From assembly GCF_036321535.1 (NCBI RefSeq), contig NC_087460.1:4712001-4776000 (forward strand): a DNA stretch of 64,000 bases. The letters are read 5' to 3'. This DNA comes from Camelus dromedarius. Its lineage: Eukaryota. Below, one piece after another: positions 24,601 to 51,197 of this stretch; position 1 is the stretch's first letter, and each line of letters begins with the position of its first letter. Both the position numbers and the translations under genes were made by a program. A model generated the notes under the pieces. It had not been told where the DNA came from, did not search any database, and saw only the letters and a list, made by a program, of their open reading frames with translations.

Positions 24601-27600
24601 GGTAGCTGCTGGCCAGCAGCCCAAACAGCAGGTGAAGGAGAGCTGTTTCTAAGCGGCTAGCAGTGCCAGGCGTGATGAAACTGATGTCCGGGGAGACCGT
24701 AGCATACGGGGTGGTTGGAGCAGAGGCTGTGGTAGGTGTGTGGTGACGAGGGGCTAGACTTTGGGGTGGGAGGAGAGTCTACAGAACCGCACTTAATGGA
24801 AGATGGTTTTAAAAGGAAGACTGGGTAGGTCTAAGTGCTGCTTCACAATTAGGTGGCAGTGAAGTCTGACGCGTACGTGGCTGAGAGTGATGGTGTCTGT
24901 TGGCAAAACAAAAGGCAAAGGATGATGGCCTCCGTTTCAGACGTGTGGCATTTGTGGTGACGGCAAGGAGACCCACTAGAAATCTCCAGAGTGGAGTCCA
25001 AACTGTAGGTCCACACAAACTCAACAAGGGCATCTGCGATATGTCATTTATATATGATACTGTAAGAAGTGGGATTTTGAAGGCATGAAGGTAGAAGAGT
25101 GGTGGAGACGGAAGCACCTCCCCAAAGCCCTGCTTTGCGTCGTGAGCCTCCTCCTTCCTCTCCTGTTCTAAGCATTGCCTTTACCCACCTCAGGTTCTCC
25201 GTGTTCTCTCCAGAGAAGGTGGGCCAAGCCTCAGGGGAATTGTTCTTTTTTGGCCTGAACAGTTTTTCTTTTCTCTGCAGCTCTGTGAGTTTGTGCAGAA
25301 GGATGAATTGAAACCAGCAGTGACCCAGCTGCTGTGGGAGCGGGCAACTGAGAAGGTCCCCTGCTCGCCTCTGGAGCGCTGTTCCTCTGTCATGCTTCTT
25401 GGGATGATGGCACGGTGAGGCTCGGAGCCAGACAGGCAGTGGGATGAGAGGAAGGGAAGATTCCCTTCAGTAATAGCAGTCAGGCCCAGCTGAGCTCTGC
25501 ACATGCGTCAGCCATCTAAATGGAGAATAAAACAGTGACAGGACCAGCCCAACCGCCCGGCAGAAATAGCGGGGTCATTAGAGCCGAGGGATGCCGAGGG
25601 GCCAGCCCTGGGTCAAAGCCTCTGTGGAGCTCCAGGGCCCTGTGTCGGGTGCTGGCTCCTGCCCTCCTTGGCATTGTCCCCCACACAGAGTCAGGTCTGT
25701 GAGTGGCTTTAACTCTTTGGCTTCCTCTCCCTAGAGGAAAACCAGAAATTGTGGGAAGCAACTTAGACACACTGGTGAGCATAGGGCTGGATGAGAAGTC
25801 TCCACAGGACTACAGGCTGGCCCGACAGGTGTGCCACGCCATCGCCAACATCTCTGACAGGAGGAAGGTATGTGAGGTGGTTACGTCCAAACCAAGGAGA
25901 GCGGGGTCCTCCCATCCACCCTCACACACACCTATGTTGTCTTCCCTGCTCTCAACAGCCTTCTCTGGGCAAACGTCACCCTCCCTTCCGGCTGCCTCAG
26001 GAACACCGCTTGTTTGAGCGCCTGCAGGAGGTGGTCATAAAAGGTGAGCTACTGGGAGGGGCTCGGGCAGAATAGGGTCCTTTGTCGGCAGTGGGCAACT
26101 TCTCCCTTCTCCTGTGCAGGCTTTGTCCACCCAGACCCACTCTGGGTCCCATTCAAAGAGGCCGCAGTGACTCTCACTTACCAGCTGGCAGAGGGCCCCG
26201 AGGCGATCTGTGCCCGGATGTTGCAGGGCTGTGCGAAGCAGGCCCTGGAGAAGCTGGGGGAAGAAAGTGCCACCCAGGAGGCCCTGAGTAAGTGGGCAAG
26301 GGGGTCAGTGGGCCCGTGGGCAGCAGCCAGCTTCTGCTGCTGTCCCTGCTGGCCAGAAGCCACTGCCACCACCACTTCCTACAGTGACCCCTGACCCCCT
26401 CAGCCTGCCTTGTCCCCTTTTTGTCACCCGTGCTGGGCTAGTCACTGCCACCATCCCTCCACTGCCATCTCTGCTTCTTTACCAGGCTTTATAGCACATG
26501 AGCAGGGGACCATCAGTACAAACAGGGCACCGGGTCCTATGAGGCTTGATTGTCTTTTTCTCCCTGCCTTCCCTCCCTGCTCCTGCAGAGGACACCCCCA
26601 TGCTCCCCACTTTCCTGTTGATGAACCTGCTGTCCCTGGCCGGGGACGTGGCCCTGCAGCAGCTGGTGCACTTGGAGCAGGCGGTGAGCGGAGAGCTCTG
26701 TCGGCGACGAGTTCTTCGGGAGGAGCAGGAACAGAAGACGAAAGAGCCAAAGGAGAAGGTGAATGGTGCGCCTGGGCGCTGGGGCCCGTGTCCCAAGCAT
26801 TTCCCAGGTTTGCTTCCTGCCCCCAGATGGTTCACATTTGCCTCTGGGGATCCCTGCTTCTCTTCTGTTGAATGAGCTGGAAACTGCCTCCTTGCTGCTA
26901 CTGCTCTGGGAAAGATTAGTGAGAGCAAAGATGGATCACCCAGGAAGCAAAGTTTTAGGTAAATCAGAGCGCTGAGTTAGGGACCTTGGCATAAAATACA
27001 GGTTCTGCCCAAGGCAGTCTTTGTTAGAACAAGCACATCCCTGCCTTTCCCGGCAGCCTCGGGGGCTGGGCCTGGCACCTGCTGGGACCTTGTGTTCTCT
27101 CCACTAGAGGCAGTGATGTCTGGCAGGCGAATAAGACAGAGTCCTGCAGCAGTGGGATAAAGTCTGACCTTCTCTGTGACCTTGAACCGTTGTCTGGCAG
27201 GCTCTATTTACTGTACACTGGAAGTTATATACTTCTGTGAGGATGCACTAAGAAGAGATGTAGGATGCTCTGGCAACTTAAAAAACAAGCAGAGGGGACC
27301 TAGTTCTTTTCCTGTTTGATTCAAGAGTCCTTCCTCTTTAGATGAGTATGAGAAGTCTGTGAATGGTTTTGCAGAATTTGCCTTTCCCCGGATCCATTCA
27401 TGGGAAATGAAAGGTAAGCTGGAATCAAAACTGTCTGCTCACCCATGACGCCTGGCTGCTTTCCCATCAGCATACAAGCTCCGAGGCCACCATGGAGGAG
27501 GAGATGGGGCTGGTCGGAGCTACCGCTGATGACACGGAGGCAGAACTGATCCGCAGCATCTGTGAGCTGGAGCTGCTGGACGGTGAGAAGCAGTGCTGAG

Positions 27601-30600
27601 GGACCGCCTCCCCCGCTGACATAGCCTGTCCCAAACCTTGAGTTGTTTTTCCACCAGGCAAACAAACACTGGCTGCCTTTGTTCCACTTCTGCTCAAAGT
27701 CTGCAACAACCCTGGTCTCTATAGCAACCCGGAGCTCTCCGCAGCTGCCTCACTTGCCCTGGGCAAGTTCTGTATGATCAGGTGGGCCCTGGGGTTGGGA
27801 TGGCCTTCTCAGAGGGCATGGGGGATGGGATGGTTTCCCTCATGATCCTCTCTTTGCCCCTAGTGCCACTTTCTGTGACTCCCAGCTTCGTCTTCTGTTC
27901 ACCGTGCTAGAAAAGTCCTCACTCCCCATTGTTCGATCTAACCTCATGATTGCTACTGGGGATCTGGCCATCCGATTCCCCAACCTGGTGGACCCCTGGA
28001 CACCACATCTGTATGCTCGGTAAGAGATCCCTCACGACGCCTTAGCAGCCCCTGAAGCTCTGGGAGGCAGTGGTGAAGTCAGCATGCGAATCACCAGAAC
28101 TGTGTTCCCCAGACCTTACCATTCCTTGAACCTTTGCTTCACACGTGACCTGTGCAGGCCCTGGCTAAGTGTGGCCCCAGAGGGATGGACGCCTCTTGTC
28201 TAAAGCCTTGGTTACAGCCTTGGCCTCTTGCCGCAAACCTAGCTTCCAACTCTAGACAGCTTTCTAACTGTTTCTTAAATTGCACATTAAGAAGAGCTCA
28301 TAGATTCGTGCTGAGGGCCTCCCTGCCAGTATCAGGGTGTAGCCCGTGGTCTTAGTCCCAGTGACTTGAGATTTCACTCCTAGCCTCCGGGACCCCGCTC
28401 AGCAAGTGCGGAAAACAGCGGGGCTGGTGATGACCCACCTGATCCTCAAGGACATGGTGAAGGTGAAGGGGCAGGTGAGCGAGATGGCCGTGCTGCTCAT
28501 CGACCCCGCCCCTCAGATCGCTGCCCTGGCCAAGAATTTCTTCAATGAGCTTTCGCACAAGGTGAGAGTCAGGGAGGCAGCTCCAGGCATGCTGCGGAGG
28601 GAACGTGCAGGTCTCCTGCCTCTGACGAGAGTCTCTCTCTTACAGGGCAACGCAATCTATAACCTCCTTCCAGATGTCATCAGCCGCCTGTCAGACCCCG
28701 AGGGTGGGGTGGAGGAAGCGCCCTTCCGCACCATCATGAAGTAGAGCTCTGGGGCTCAGGGCACGTTTTCTAGTCCCGCAGGCTTAGGGATCAGACCTGT
28801 GTGTGCATCCTGGCTCTGCTGCTCTTTAGCTGTGTGGGCTTCGGCAGTAACCACCTCTTTGTGCCTGTTCCTTCTGCGTAAAATGAGGCCATAAATACTC
28901 GCACCTTATTAGTTCTCGAGAAGTTCAACAGAAGCTCCTAACACGCTGGGCAGCCCGTGGTAGTGCTCACTAGATGGTGGCTGCTTTTGTTACAGATTCC
29001 CACTCGCAGTGCAAATTCCTCAGGTGGGGGCGGGGGGACCTTCTCGGAGGTGGGGGAGAGGGCGGGAGGGACGTGCCAGGGCCCAGGCCACGGCGCGGAG
29101 TCTTCTACTGAGGCAAGAGGAAGACAGGCAGCCGGTGCAGGGGAGAGTCCATGGCTGGCGTCGGGGCGGGTTGGGAGCTGCCCTCGGGAGATGGCCCATC
29201 TGCATCTCCCTTCCTGCAGGCAGCTGCTCTCCTACGTCACCAAGGACAAGCAGACAGAGAGCCTGGTGGAGAAGCTGTGCCAGCGCTTCCGCGCGGCCCG
29301 GTAAGCTGCCTTCCTGGAGGGCTCTTTGTGCTGAGAGGTAAAGGGTGCCCGGAGCAGCCCGGGGCTGTGGGAGACTGATGAGGGAGGCTGGGCCCTTCCC
29401 TCCTGCCCCCGCTGCTCCTCAGGATGCCTTCCCGTCTGCAGGACTGAGCGGCAGTACCGGGACCTGGCCTACTGCGTGTCTCAGCTGCCCCTCACCGAGC
29501 GAGGCCTCCGCAAGATGCTGGACAACTTTGACTGCTTCGGAGATAAACTATTGGACGAGTCCATCTTCAGTGCCTTTTTGTCAGTCGTGGGCAGGTTGAG
29601 GCGCGGAGCCAAGCCTGAGGGCAAGGTGAACAGTGCCTGCTACATTCCAGCCTCAGTTTGTGCCTGGGTGGTGTTCTGAGTGCCGGGGCTCCCGGTGCCT
29701 GACTCATCCCCAGATGATTGCAACCAAGTAACCAGGGTGACATGAGACCAGGCCTCTGTCTCCAATTCTTGATTCTTTGTTTCTTTTTCTCTTTTTTCCG
29801 TAGACTTTATTAAGGGCAGTTGCACGTTTAAAGCAAAATTGAATAGAAAGTATAGAGATCTCTGGGCTGACCCTGCCCCCAGGCAGACATAGTCTCCGCA
29901 GTTCCCCTCGTCTGGGCCAGAGCACCCAGGCCAGAGCGGGCATTTGTTACTGGCAGTGAACCAGCCCTGACACATCACTGTTGCCCCTGGTTCCCTGGGG
30001 GTTCCCTCCAGATGGTGCGTGCACTGTGTTTAGACAAACGTATCCTGACCTGTGTCCACCGCCGTGTCCTTCAGAGGAGTCTCCATGCCCCGAGGAGCCT
30101 CTGCTCCCCTATTCACCCCAGGGCCCACACTCATCCTTCTGCTGTCACCACAGCTTTGCCGTTCGCAGAATGTCATATCATGGGAGTCACACAGCGTGTA
30201 CCCTTCTCAGCTGGGTTCTTTCACTTAGTGATGAGCATTTAAGGTTCCTCCATGTCTTTTCATGGCCTTGTTTCTTTTTAATCACAGAAATAACTGTATT
30301 TCCAGGCCTGCTTTTAATCTCTTTTTCCCACCAGGCTATAATAGATGAATTTGAGCAGAAGCTTCGAGCCTGTCACACCAGAGGTTTGGATGCAATGGAG
30401 GAACCTGAGATTGGCCCTGGGTGTAGCCAGAGAGCCCCATCAGCCAAGAAACAACCCACTGGTATGTGAGGCAGGCCCTCCTCTCCTCTCAGAGTAGGGG
30501 TTCTTTTATTTACTTTATTATCTTTTTTTTTTTTTCTGGACTCATGCCTCTGCCTTTTCTAGTTTCCAAACAAAGGCATCTGGCTTCTGCAGCCTCAGAC

Positions 30601-31035
30601 AATGACTTCGTCACACCTGAGCCCCGCCGTATGACCCGTCGGCATCCAAACACCCAGCAGCAAGTTTCGAAAAAGAAACTCAGAATTGTCTTCTCAAGCG
30701 ATGAATCCAGCGATGAAGGTACGGTGCTCCCTCGCAGACTTGGTCCAGAATGAGCACAGCTTGCGAGGAGGCTGGCTTTGCGGGGTGTGCCTCTGTGTAG
30801 AGGTGTCCCTTCTCCTCCCCGCCCCCTACCCCTCACCCATTTTCCTTCTTGTGCCGTGAGGTCTGAAACTGTTCCATTTATTCTCCAAGATCTATTTTTC
30901 ACCATCTTTGTAACTCAGCTTTTCCTTATCCCCCCAATTCTTTGAATAGAACTGTCAGCAGAGATGACAGAAGATGAGACACCCAAGAAAGCCACGCCCA
31001 TCCGCCGAGCATCTGCCCACAGGCACAGGTCCTAG
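6665..31035 (+). CDS. NCAPD2: Condensin complex subunit 1 (CAP-D2), 1400 aa, 31 coding exons
   Basis: Coding exons: 6665-6791, 14086-14161, 14439-14497, 14973-15154, 15446-15588, 17454-17581, 17654-17777, 17961-18108, 19118-19315, 19647-19781, 19879-19966, 20059-20239, 21879-22003, 22375-22614, 22905-23079, 23610-23694, 25281-25414, 25735-25867, 25959-26043, 26120-26287, 26589-26758, 27471-27582, 27658-27781, 27864-28019, 28384-28561, 28646-28740, 29220-29300, 29442-29625, 30335-30461, 30563-30718, 30950-31035. Total 4203 nt, all GT-AG and in frame. Peptides such as YEFHLPLSPEELLKSGG, NYMMRNAVL, RDPAQQVRKTAGLVMTHLILKDMVKVKG and DNDFVTPEPRR are CAP-D2. Confidence 0.97.
8100..9620 (-). mobile_element. 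L2 LINE fragment
   Basis: CTATGTGCCAGGCACTGTTCTAGGCACTGAGGATACA and downstream purine-rich L2 antisense signature. Boundaries approximate. Confidence 0.7.
8541..8703. mobile_element. MER5A-type element nested in an L2
   Basis: CTCAGAGTGTGGTCTTCAGACCAGCAGTATTAG...GAGAAATGCAG...CTACTGAATCAGAA...GAGAAGCACTG. Confidence 0.7.
11713..12193. mobile_element. MER47/Tigger5-type DNA transposon relic containing N-gap 11985-12151
   Basis: TA followed by CAGACGTCCCC...GATGGTTCAACTT at the left end; AACCCCATGGTAAATCAAGGAAGATCTG at the right end. Confidence 0.65.
12345..12487 (-). mobile_element. Vic-1-type SINE
   Basis: Reverse complement reads GGGAAGGGTATACAGCTCAGCGGTAGAGTGCCTG...GGATTCAATCCCCAG...AAATAAATAAA...CCCCCCAAAAAA, the same family as 17041. 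Confidence 0.8.
12640..13775 (+). mobile_element. Old L1 (L1MC/L1ME-like) 3' fragment
   Basis: L1MC4-like 3' UTR motifs (GGTACAAGATGAGCCTGGAACATCTTGT; GGAACTCTG...TTTTGCCACTTTTGTAA) ending in an A-tail. Subfamily uncertain. Confidence 0.55.
14571..14896 (+). ncRNA. SCARNA10: Small Cajal body RNA U85 (composite C/D-H/ACA scaRNA guiding U5 snRNA modification), in NCAPD2 intron 4
   Basis: Terminal stem GCCA...TGGC, C box ATGATGA (14576-14582), D box CTGA (14888-14891), H-box-like AGACCA (~14694) and ACA (14872-14874). Antisense element ATCTTTGGTAA (14876-14886) is complementary to U5 loop 1. Length (~326 nt) and host intron match recalled U85. Confidence 0.93.
15780..17240 (-). mobile_element. 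L2 LINE fragment in NCAPD2 intron 6
   Basis: ATTTATTCATTT...TATTTACTGAG start and purine-rich L2 antisense body. Boundaries approximate. Confidence 0.7.
17041..17156 (+). mobile_element. tRNA-derived SINE of the camelid Vic-1 type, inserted into an L2
   Basis: Head GGGGAGGGTATAGCTCAA with A-box-like and B-box-like (GGATTCAATCC) motifs and an AT/A-rich tail. Degenerate TSD CAGATGCAGCTGAAGGT (17024-17040) / CAGGTGCAGGTGAAAGGT (17157-17174). Confidence 0.8.
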
Positions 31036-31251
31036 GGCGGCCTTGCCTGTCCCCATCCCTGCTGTGCAGGTGTCTTGTGGGGTGACCTTGAACACCACCC
31101 GCTTGTAGAATACTTGTTTGCCCGTCTGCTTGTTTTTTATAACACGTAAGTGATCTTTGTAATGTAAGGCATTGCTCTTAAACGCCTCATGGAACCAAGT
31201 GGAGCCGCTTTCACTGGAATATACGTTTGCCAGTCTCCTTGTTTTCTAATG

Positions 31252-31257
31252 AATAAA
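31252..31257 (+). terminator. NCAPD2 polyadenylation signal AATAAA
   Basis: AATAAA about 217 nt after the stop, followed by a U/GU-rich downstream tract. Confidence 0.8.
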
Positions 31258-31489
31258 TGTTTTTATTTACTTTTAGAGGTTTTTCCTAAGCTGTCTTTGT
31301 TTCATCTTTCATGTTATCCCAGAGGCAGGCAGCAGGTTGTCAGTCCAGAAGAAGATGAGCCCAGGAGTCTAGGGCCTGACCCGGCATCTGAGCTTCAGGC
31401 CCCCTCAGTGCCTCGTCGTTGCCTCCACCTCCCCTGCACACGCAGCAGGATTGCTCCGAGGTGGAGAATTAGGCAGCAGCTAGACTTCA

Positions 31490-31703
31490 GAGAGGACCTT
31501 CTCAATCTGGGGCGATTTTGCCCTCCAGGGGACATTCAATAATGTCTGGAGACTTGTCACAGCCTAGCAGGAAGGGGTGCTCCCAGCAGCTAGTGGGTAG
31601 AGGCCAGGGATGTTGCTCAGTATCCTGCTGCACAGGACCCTCCCACCACAAAGAATGATCTGGCCCAGAATGCTGGTTAGTGGTGCTGAGGCTGAGAAAC
31701 CCT
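31490..31703. mobile_element. MER20 (hAT-Charlie) DNA transposon
   Basis: GGGGCGATTTTGCCCTCCAGGGGACATT...CTAGTGGGTAGAGGCCAGGGATGTTGCT...GAGGCTGAGAAACCCT matches the recalled MER20 consensus. Confidence 0.85.
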
Positions 31704-31980
31704 CCCTTCTGCCACAGGCTGGTTTCTTCTGTCCTGCCCCCACCCCAACTTGTACCCCTAACCTCACCTCTGAAGACAGGTGCCCGACCTGGCCAGGCTG
31801 CTGTCAGTTCAAGTCATGATCCCCTGCAGCTCTAGACAGTGTCTCTCCAGCCTGTCTACCAGGGGTGCTTCACCGTGTTACAGGGTCTGCAGGAGTCAGC
31901 CCCTCAGGCGCAGGCCCTGTCCACCCACCCCTGCTCCCCAAGTCTCTCTGCTGAGTCACCTGAACAGGAGGCAGCGAGGC

Positions 31981-32048
31981 TGCTGTCATGACAACACTGG
32001 TGTCTTTGCTGTCATGACAACACTGGTGTCTTTGCTGTCATGACAACA
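31981..32048 (+). repeat. 26-bp tandem repeat, 2.6 perfect copies
   Basis: Unit TGCTGTCATGACAACACTGGTGTCTT at 31981-32006, 32007-32032 and partial 32033-32048. Confidence 0.95.
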
Positions 32049-33779
32049 GCAGACTGGGCCAGTCACGCTCCCTGGGCACTGAGCTTCCTCCTTTCAGCAG
32101 AGGACAGTAATGAGAAATGACAAGCATGAGGCAAAGGGGAACATGCCTTGGGTAGCACAGGAGGGTGGAGGGTGGGTACCTAAGGCCCCTCAGGAAAAGT
32201 GTTTGCGGTCCTGGGGGAGCCCGAGCAGGAGCGAACAGTAGCAGCAGCGTGTTTCCCCTGCACCTCCCCAGCCAGCTCCTCAGTGTGGCGCCTCCTGCCT
32301 CCTCTCACCCTTAGGTGCCCTCTGGCCCTGCTCTCGCTGCTCTTGAAACGTCTGGGCACCAACCATGCAGATGGCTGCTGGCCACAGCCAGCCTTGGATC
32401 TGGGGCCCCAAGGAGGGAGGGCAATCCCAGAAAGGGAAGGGACGGTCTGGAGTCGGGGTGCTGGATAGCGTGCTCTCTGCCTTTTAAGCAAAGGTTATCA
32501 CCAGGCCGGCTAAACTTAGCCACAGGCTTTTCAGCTGGAAAAGGGGGCTGGTCTCAGGTTACGCTGGGCCAGCAAAGAGGCCCCAGTTCCGTCCCCCAGC
32601 ACCTGCTGATGGGCAATGTCTGTTCCACTCCACCCCCTTTAGACCATTAGCCCCTCAGTTCCTCAGAACCAGCCCTTCCTGCATCCTCAGCTCACAAACC
32701 TGGGACAGCTGGGGCTCCTGACCAGTCTTGGAGGGGAATGGATCCCTTTACATCATGTGCGGGAAGGGACTGGGGGCCTGTTCCCACCATGTGCCCAAGA
32801 CCTCTCAATTTTTCCCTCTTCTGGGCTCCCCACCCTGCCCCCAACATCCCTTGGGCGCAGCCAGTGAAGGGGAGGCCCTGATTCCAGGGCTGGCCTGCAC
32901 GTCCCAGGATGGGGAGGGACTTCCGCCCTCACGTCCTACTCTCTGCCCGGGGCTGGACAGGCTGGATGGGGTGAAAGGGGCATTGTCTCCCAGCCTGGGC
33001 GGCACAGCCCTCAGGTTTCCCAGGAGCGACTTTGTTGAGAGGCCTCCGGCCCTCTACCCGCCCAGCCCCAAACATTGATCCAGATCCTGTCCCGCCCTCG
33101 CCCTGGACCCCAGCCTCTGCCTGGGGGAGAGCAGTTGGTGCACACAGGGCCTAGTTTGTCTGCCCCGATTCTCAGGTCTCCAGGCTGTCCGCGCTGCAGG
33201 ACATCGTGACTTTCAGTGCAAAAATCCCCTTCAAGCCTTCTCCTGAACCTTTTCCCCCTCCAGGCCCACAATGCCCAGTGCCCAGCCCCGGCCCCCGGCC
33301 CAAAGAGGCGCGGAGCCAGGTTGGGGGTGCAGTGGGGAGAGGGGTCTGGGAAGGGCCCCGCGGGAGGCCCCTCCCGAGCCTTCCTCTGTAAAGCCTGTTT
33401 CACTACCGAAGAGCATCGAGAAGTTCCTCGTCTCTCGGCCATTGAGAGCAGCGGGGCGGGGGACGGGGTGGGGGTGGTGAGGAAGGGGGAGCCTGCAGCG
33501 GGGAACCGCCCAGGGCTCCGGCTCCAGTTCCCCATCCCACTGGCTCCCTAGGTCCTCCCGTTACATCCAGGCAGCAACTTTAATGTCCCTGACTCCTGGT
33601 TGTCCTCAGCTCTCACCAGGACCCTTGCCCCGGAGTCCACAGGCCCCCCTACATCCCCCAGGCACCATCACCGGTCGCCTCCTCCTTGGGGCCTCAGTCC
33701 CCTCCCCCTCTCAATCCTCAGCCCACATGGGCGGTGCGTGCACATTTGAAGAACCAGGCGGATCCAAAAAACAGGATGG

Positions 33780-33960
33780 GGCCGGCTACTCGCGGTTTTA
33801 CGGGCGCACGTAGCTCAGGCCTCTGTACCTCGGGGCCCCGACTGGGCAAGGCGAGCTCGCGTCACCACGCCCCCGCCCCGCCCCCTGTCCTATAAATTCA
33901 GGCTGCAGCCACCCCCGGCGCTCTCTGCTCCTCCCCGTTCGACAGACAGCCGCATCTCTC
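33780..33960 (+). promoter_or_regulatory. GAPDH: GAPDH core promoter and non-coding exon 1
   Basis: HRE-type GCACGTA (33806-33812; TACGTG on -), GC boxes ~33870-33885, TATAAA 33891-33896, pyrimidine-rich start GCTCTCTGCTCC at ~33920, donor GTGAGT at 33961. Confidence 0.9.
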
Positions 33961-34259
33961 GTGAGTGCCAGGTAAATCCTGGCGCAGAGGAGCCACAAAG
34001 GGCTCGGGGACGGGCCCCAAAGGGATACGGGCGTGCGCGGTCAGAGGGTGCGGCTGCGGGGGTCCAGCCCGGGCCGGGGTCTGAGTTGCGCCCGGTTGGG
34101 CCCCCGCATTGCAGGGGCGGGAGGAAGGACGTGCGGAAGCGCAGAGCGGGGATGGAGGCCTGGGGGAGGGGCTGGGAGGGCCCCCACTGGACTCCAGCCG
34201 CTTCGCCCCGTGGTCTGATGCTCACTTTCGTCTGCCCGTAGCCGAGTCTCTGAGACACG

Positions 34260-38070
<3,811 letters not shown>

Positions 38071-38175
38071 TCGATCCCCCAACACACTTGAGAATCTGAC
38101 CTCCACACAGTTTCCATCCCAGACCCCCTGAAGAAGGGGAGGGGCTTAGGGAGCCCTGCCTTGTCATGCACCATC

Positions 38176-38181
38176 AATAAA
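38176..38181 (+). terminator. GAPDH polyadenylation signal AATAAA
   Basis: CCATCAATAAAGTAC context as recalled for the GAPDH 3' UTR. Confidence 0.9.
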
Positions 38182-39811
38182 GTACACTCAACCCAGCCTG
38201 CTCTGCGTGGTCTCACTCCCTGGGGCCGGGATCGAGGGAGGGGAGCTGGGCCAGCTGAGGAGAACTAGAGCTCACAGAGCCCCAGACTAGGCAGAAGCCC
38301 CCCCCCCAAAGTCTGGAGGACACCCTCACAGGGGTGCTCTGGGAAGCCTGCACAACCACCTTGGGGGACAAGGCCGATCCCACTGCACCGCTGCTCCAGG
38401 TTGCCGGGGCCTGGCTGCCTACATCCCGATGCCATTCTGACTGCAGCTCCCGGAGGGTAACACTGGCACACAGGGTCCATCAGGCCTCGGCCGGTGACCT
38501 GCCTTCTCTAAAGCAGAACAGGGGGTGTGGCCAGGCTGCCAGCGCAGATTCCTTCTCTGCCTCAGTCCTCGCCCCTAGTGACTCCCCATGCAGTGAGGCT
38601 GTGAGGGTGCCCAGCTACCGGGGTCTTCAGAGGGGTTACAGTAGGGTTGGACCAGGGGCAGGGTTGGGATGGCTTTACTCCCAGGCGGCCCAAGGGCTCG
38701 GCGGGAAGCACAGCCGGCACTAGCGACCCGGGCTGAGGCCCACCTGAGGCTCCCGTTACTCTGGACAAGTTACTTAGAACCTCTGCGCCTCACCCTGCAC
38801 CTGCATGTTTGTAAAATGGTGAAAACCAGCCACACGGCACGGTGAGGGCTGTCGCCAAGCCGCCACCAGAAACTGCTGGAAACAGCGACACAAAGTGTTC
38901 CATAAATACTTGCCAGTTTCATTATTAGATTCCACTCAACATCAGCCCAGCCCAGCCCAGCCTGCCTCCGGCAGTGACGCTGAGGTCGTTTCAGTCTCGC
39001 CTCCCCAGTTTCTCTGAGCTTTTCCGAGTCCGGGACATCTTGCTCAGTCTGTTGGTCTCAGTGCACGAGACATGGAGGAAGCACGTCTTCCGCTGATGCT
39101 TGAAGAAGCTGTGGCCCTGAGCACACGTGCTAGGCACACGTGCACACGTGCACACACACACAGCCACACAGGTAGTGCCACCTTCCTGTCACTTGGCAGT
39201 GACAAGCAGGAGCTTCCACCTCCCTCTACAATACTGCGCTCGGCCAGACCCAGAAGCTGCCTGGACTGGGCGCTCTAAGGCCCCGTTATGTGTAGCACTT
39301 CCATGAGGGAAGTCACAGCCATGTCACTCTGCTGTCAACGGGCAGATGGCTGCGAGCACTTGGACAGCAGGACACAGTGCTGTGCCTAGTCCCGCTCCCT
39401 CACCTGTGACACGCAGGGACAACCTCTCTTGTCACACAAGCCACAGGATGTCCAGCCTGGCCCACTTCATACCAGTGCCTGGGCCAGTCAGCACCAGTAC
39501 AGAATCAAGACTACCAGCTGGCTCCAGGCCACAGGGAGGGAAGGAAGATCACAGTCCTTACTCGACGGAGAGGGCGAGGGGCCGCGAGCACCGGCAGCGT
39601 GTTAAAGGCGAGAGTAGCAGACACCCAGGCGTGAAGGCAGGAGACCCCGGCTGTGCGGCCAGGCCTCGCTCCGGACACCCCAGAACCCGAGAGAGGCCGA
39701 GGACCAAGGGAGGAAGCCGGGAGGAGAGCCCAGGGCCCGAGGCCAGGCTCGGTGCCCCCTTCTGTGACTCCCAGCCCTCTGTCTCGCGAGCGGGACCCCA
39801 GCGGGCCGAGC

Positions 39812-50803
<10,992 letters not shown>

Positions 50804-51058
50804 CTACACCCCTATTGCCCTCCTTTCTCCAAAGTCCAAACACCCAGGCCCTGACTCCATGAGGCTCCTTCCCTGGGTCCTTGGGGAGACCAAGGGACCC
50901 CTCCCCAGGGGCCTGGAACTTACGTGATTTGTCAATATACCACACTGTCCCCTCTCTTCAGAGGGGCCCGGTCCCACCCTCCCACCTCTACCCATAAAGC
51001 AGCAAAGCTAGTACCCAGTCGTCTCAAAACACACACAGCGGCCAGAGATTATAAAATT

Positions 51059-51064
51059 TGTATT
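51059..51064 (-). terminator. Probable NOP2 variant polyadenylation signal AATACA
   Basis: Best PAS-like hexamer I found between the stop and the IFFO1 promoter; AU-rich context. Confidence 0.55.
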
Positions 51065-51197
51065 AAATTTCATATCCACAGTGGGGAAGCCATCCTCACA
51101 GAGTTAAGAGTTCTGACCCAGTAAAAACAACAATAAGCCACCCCAGTCTAGTTCAACCATTCACCGAAGACAGCAGTGGCTGGACACTGCCTCTGGA

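Noticed and set aside
31981-32048. CRISPR-like repeat array
   Set aside because: The units abut with no unique spacers, in a mammalian genome; it is a minisatellite.
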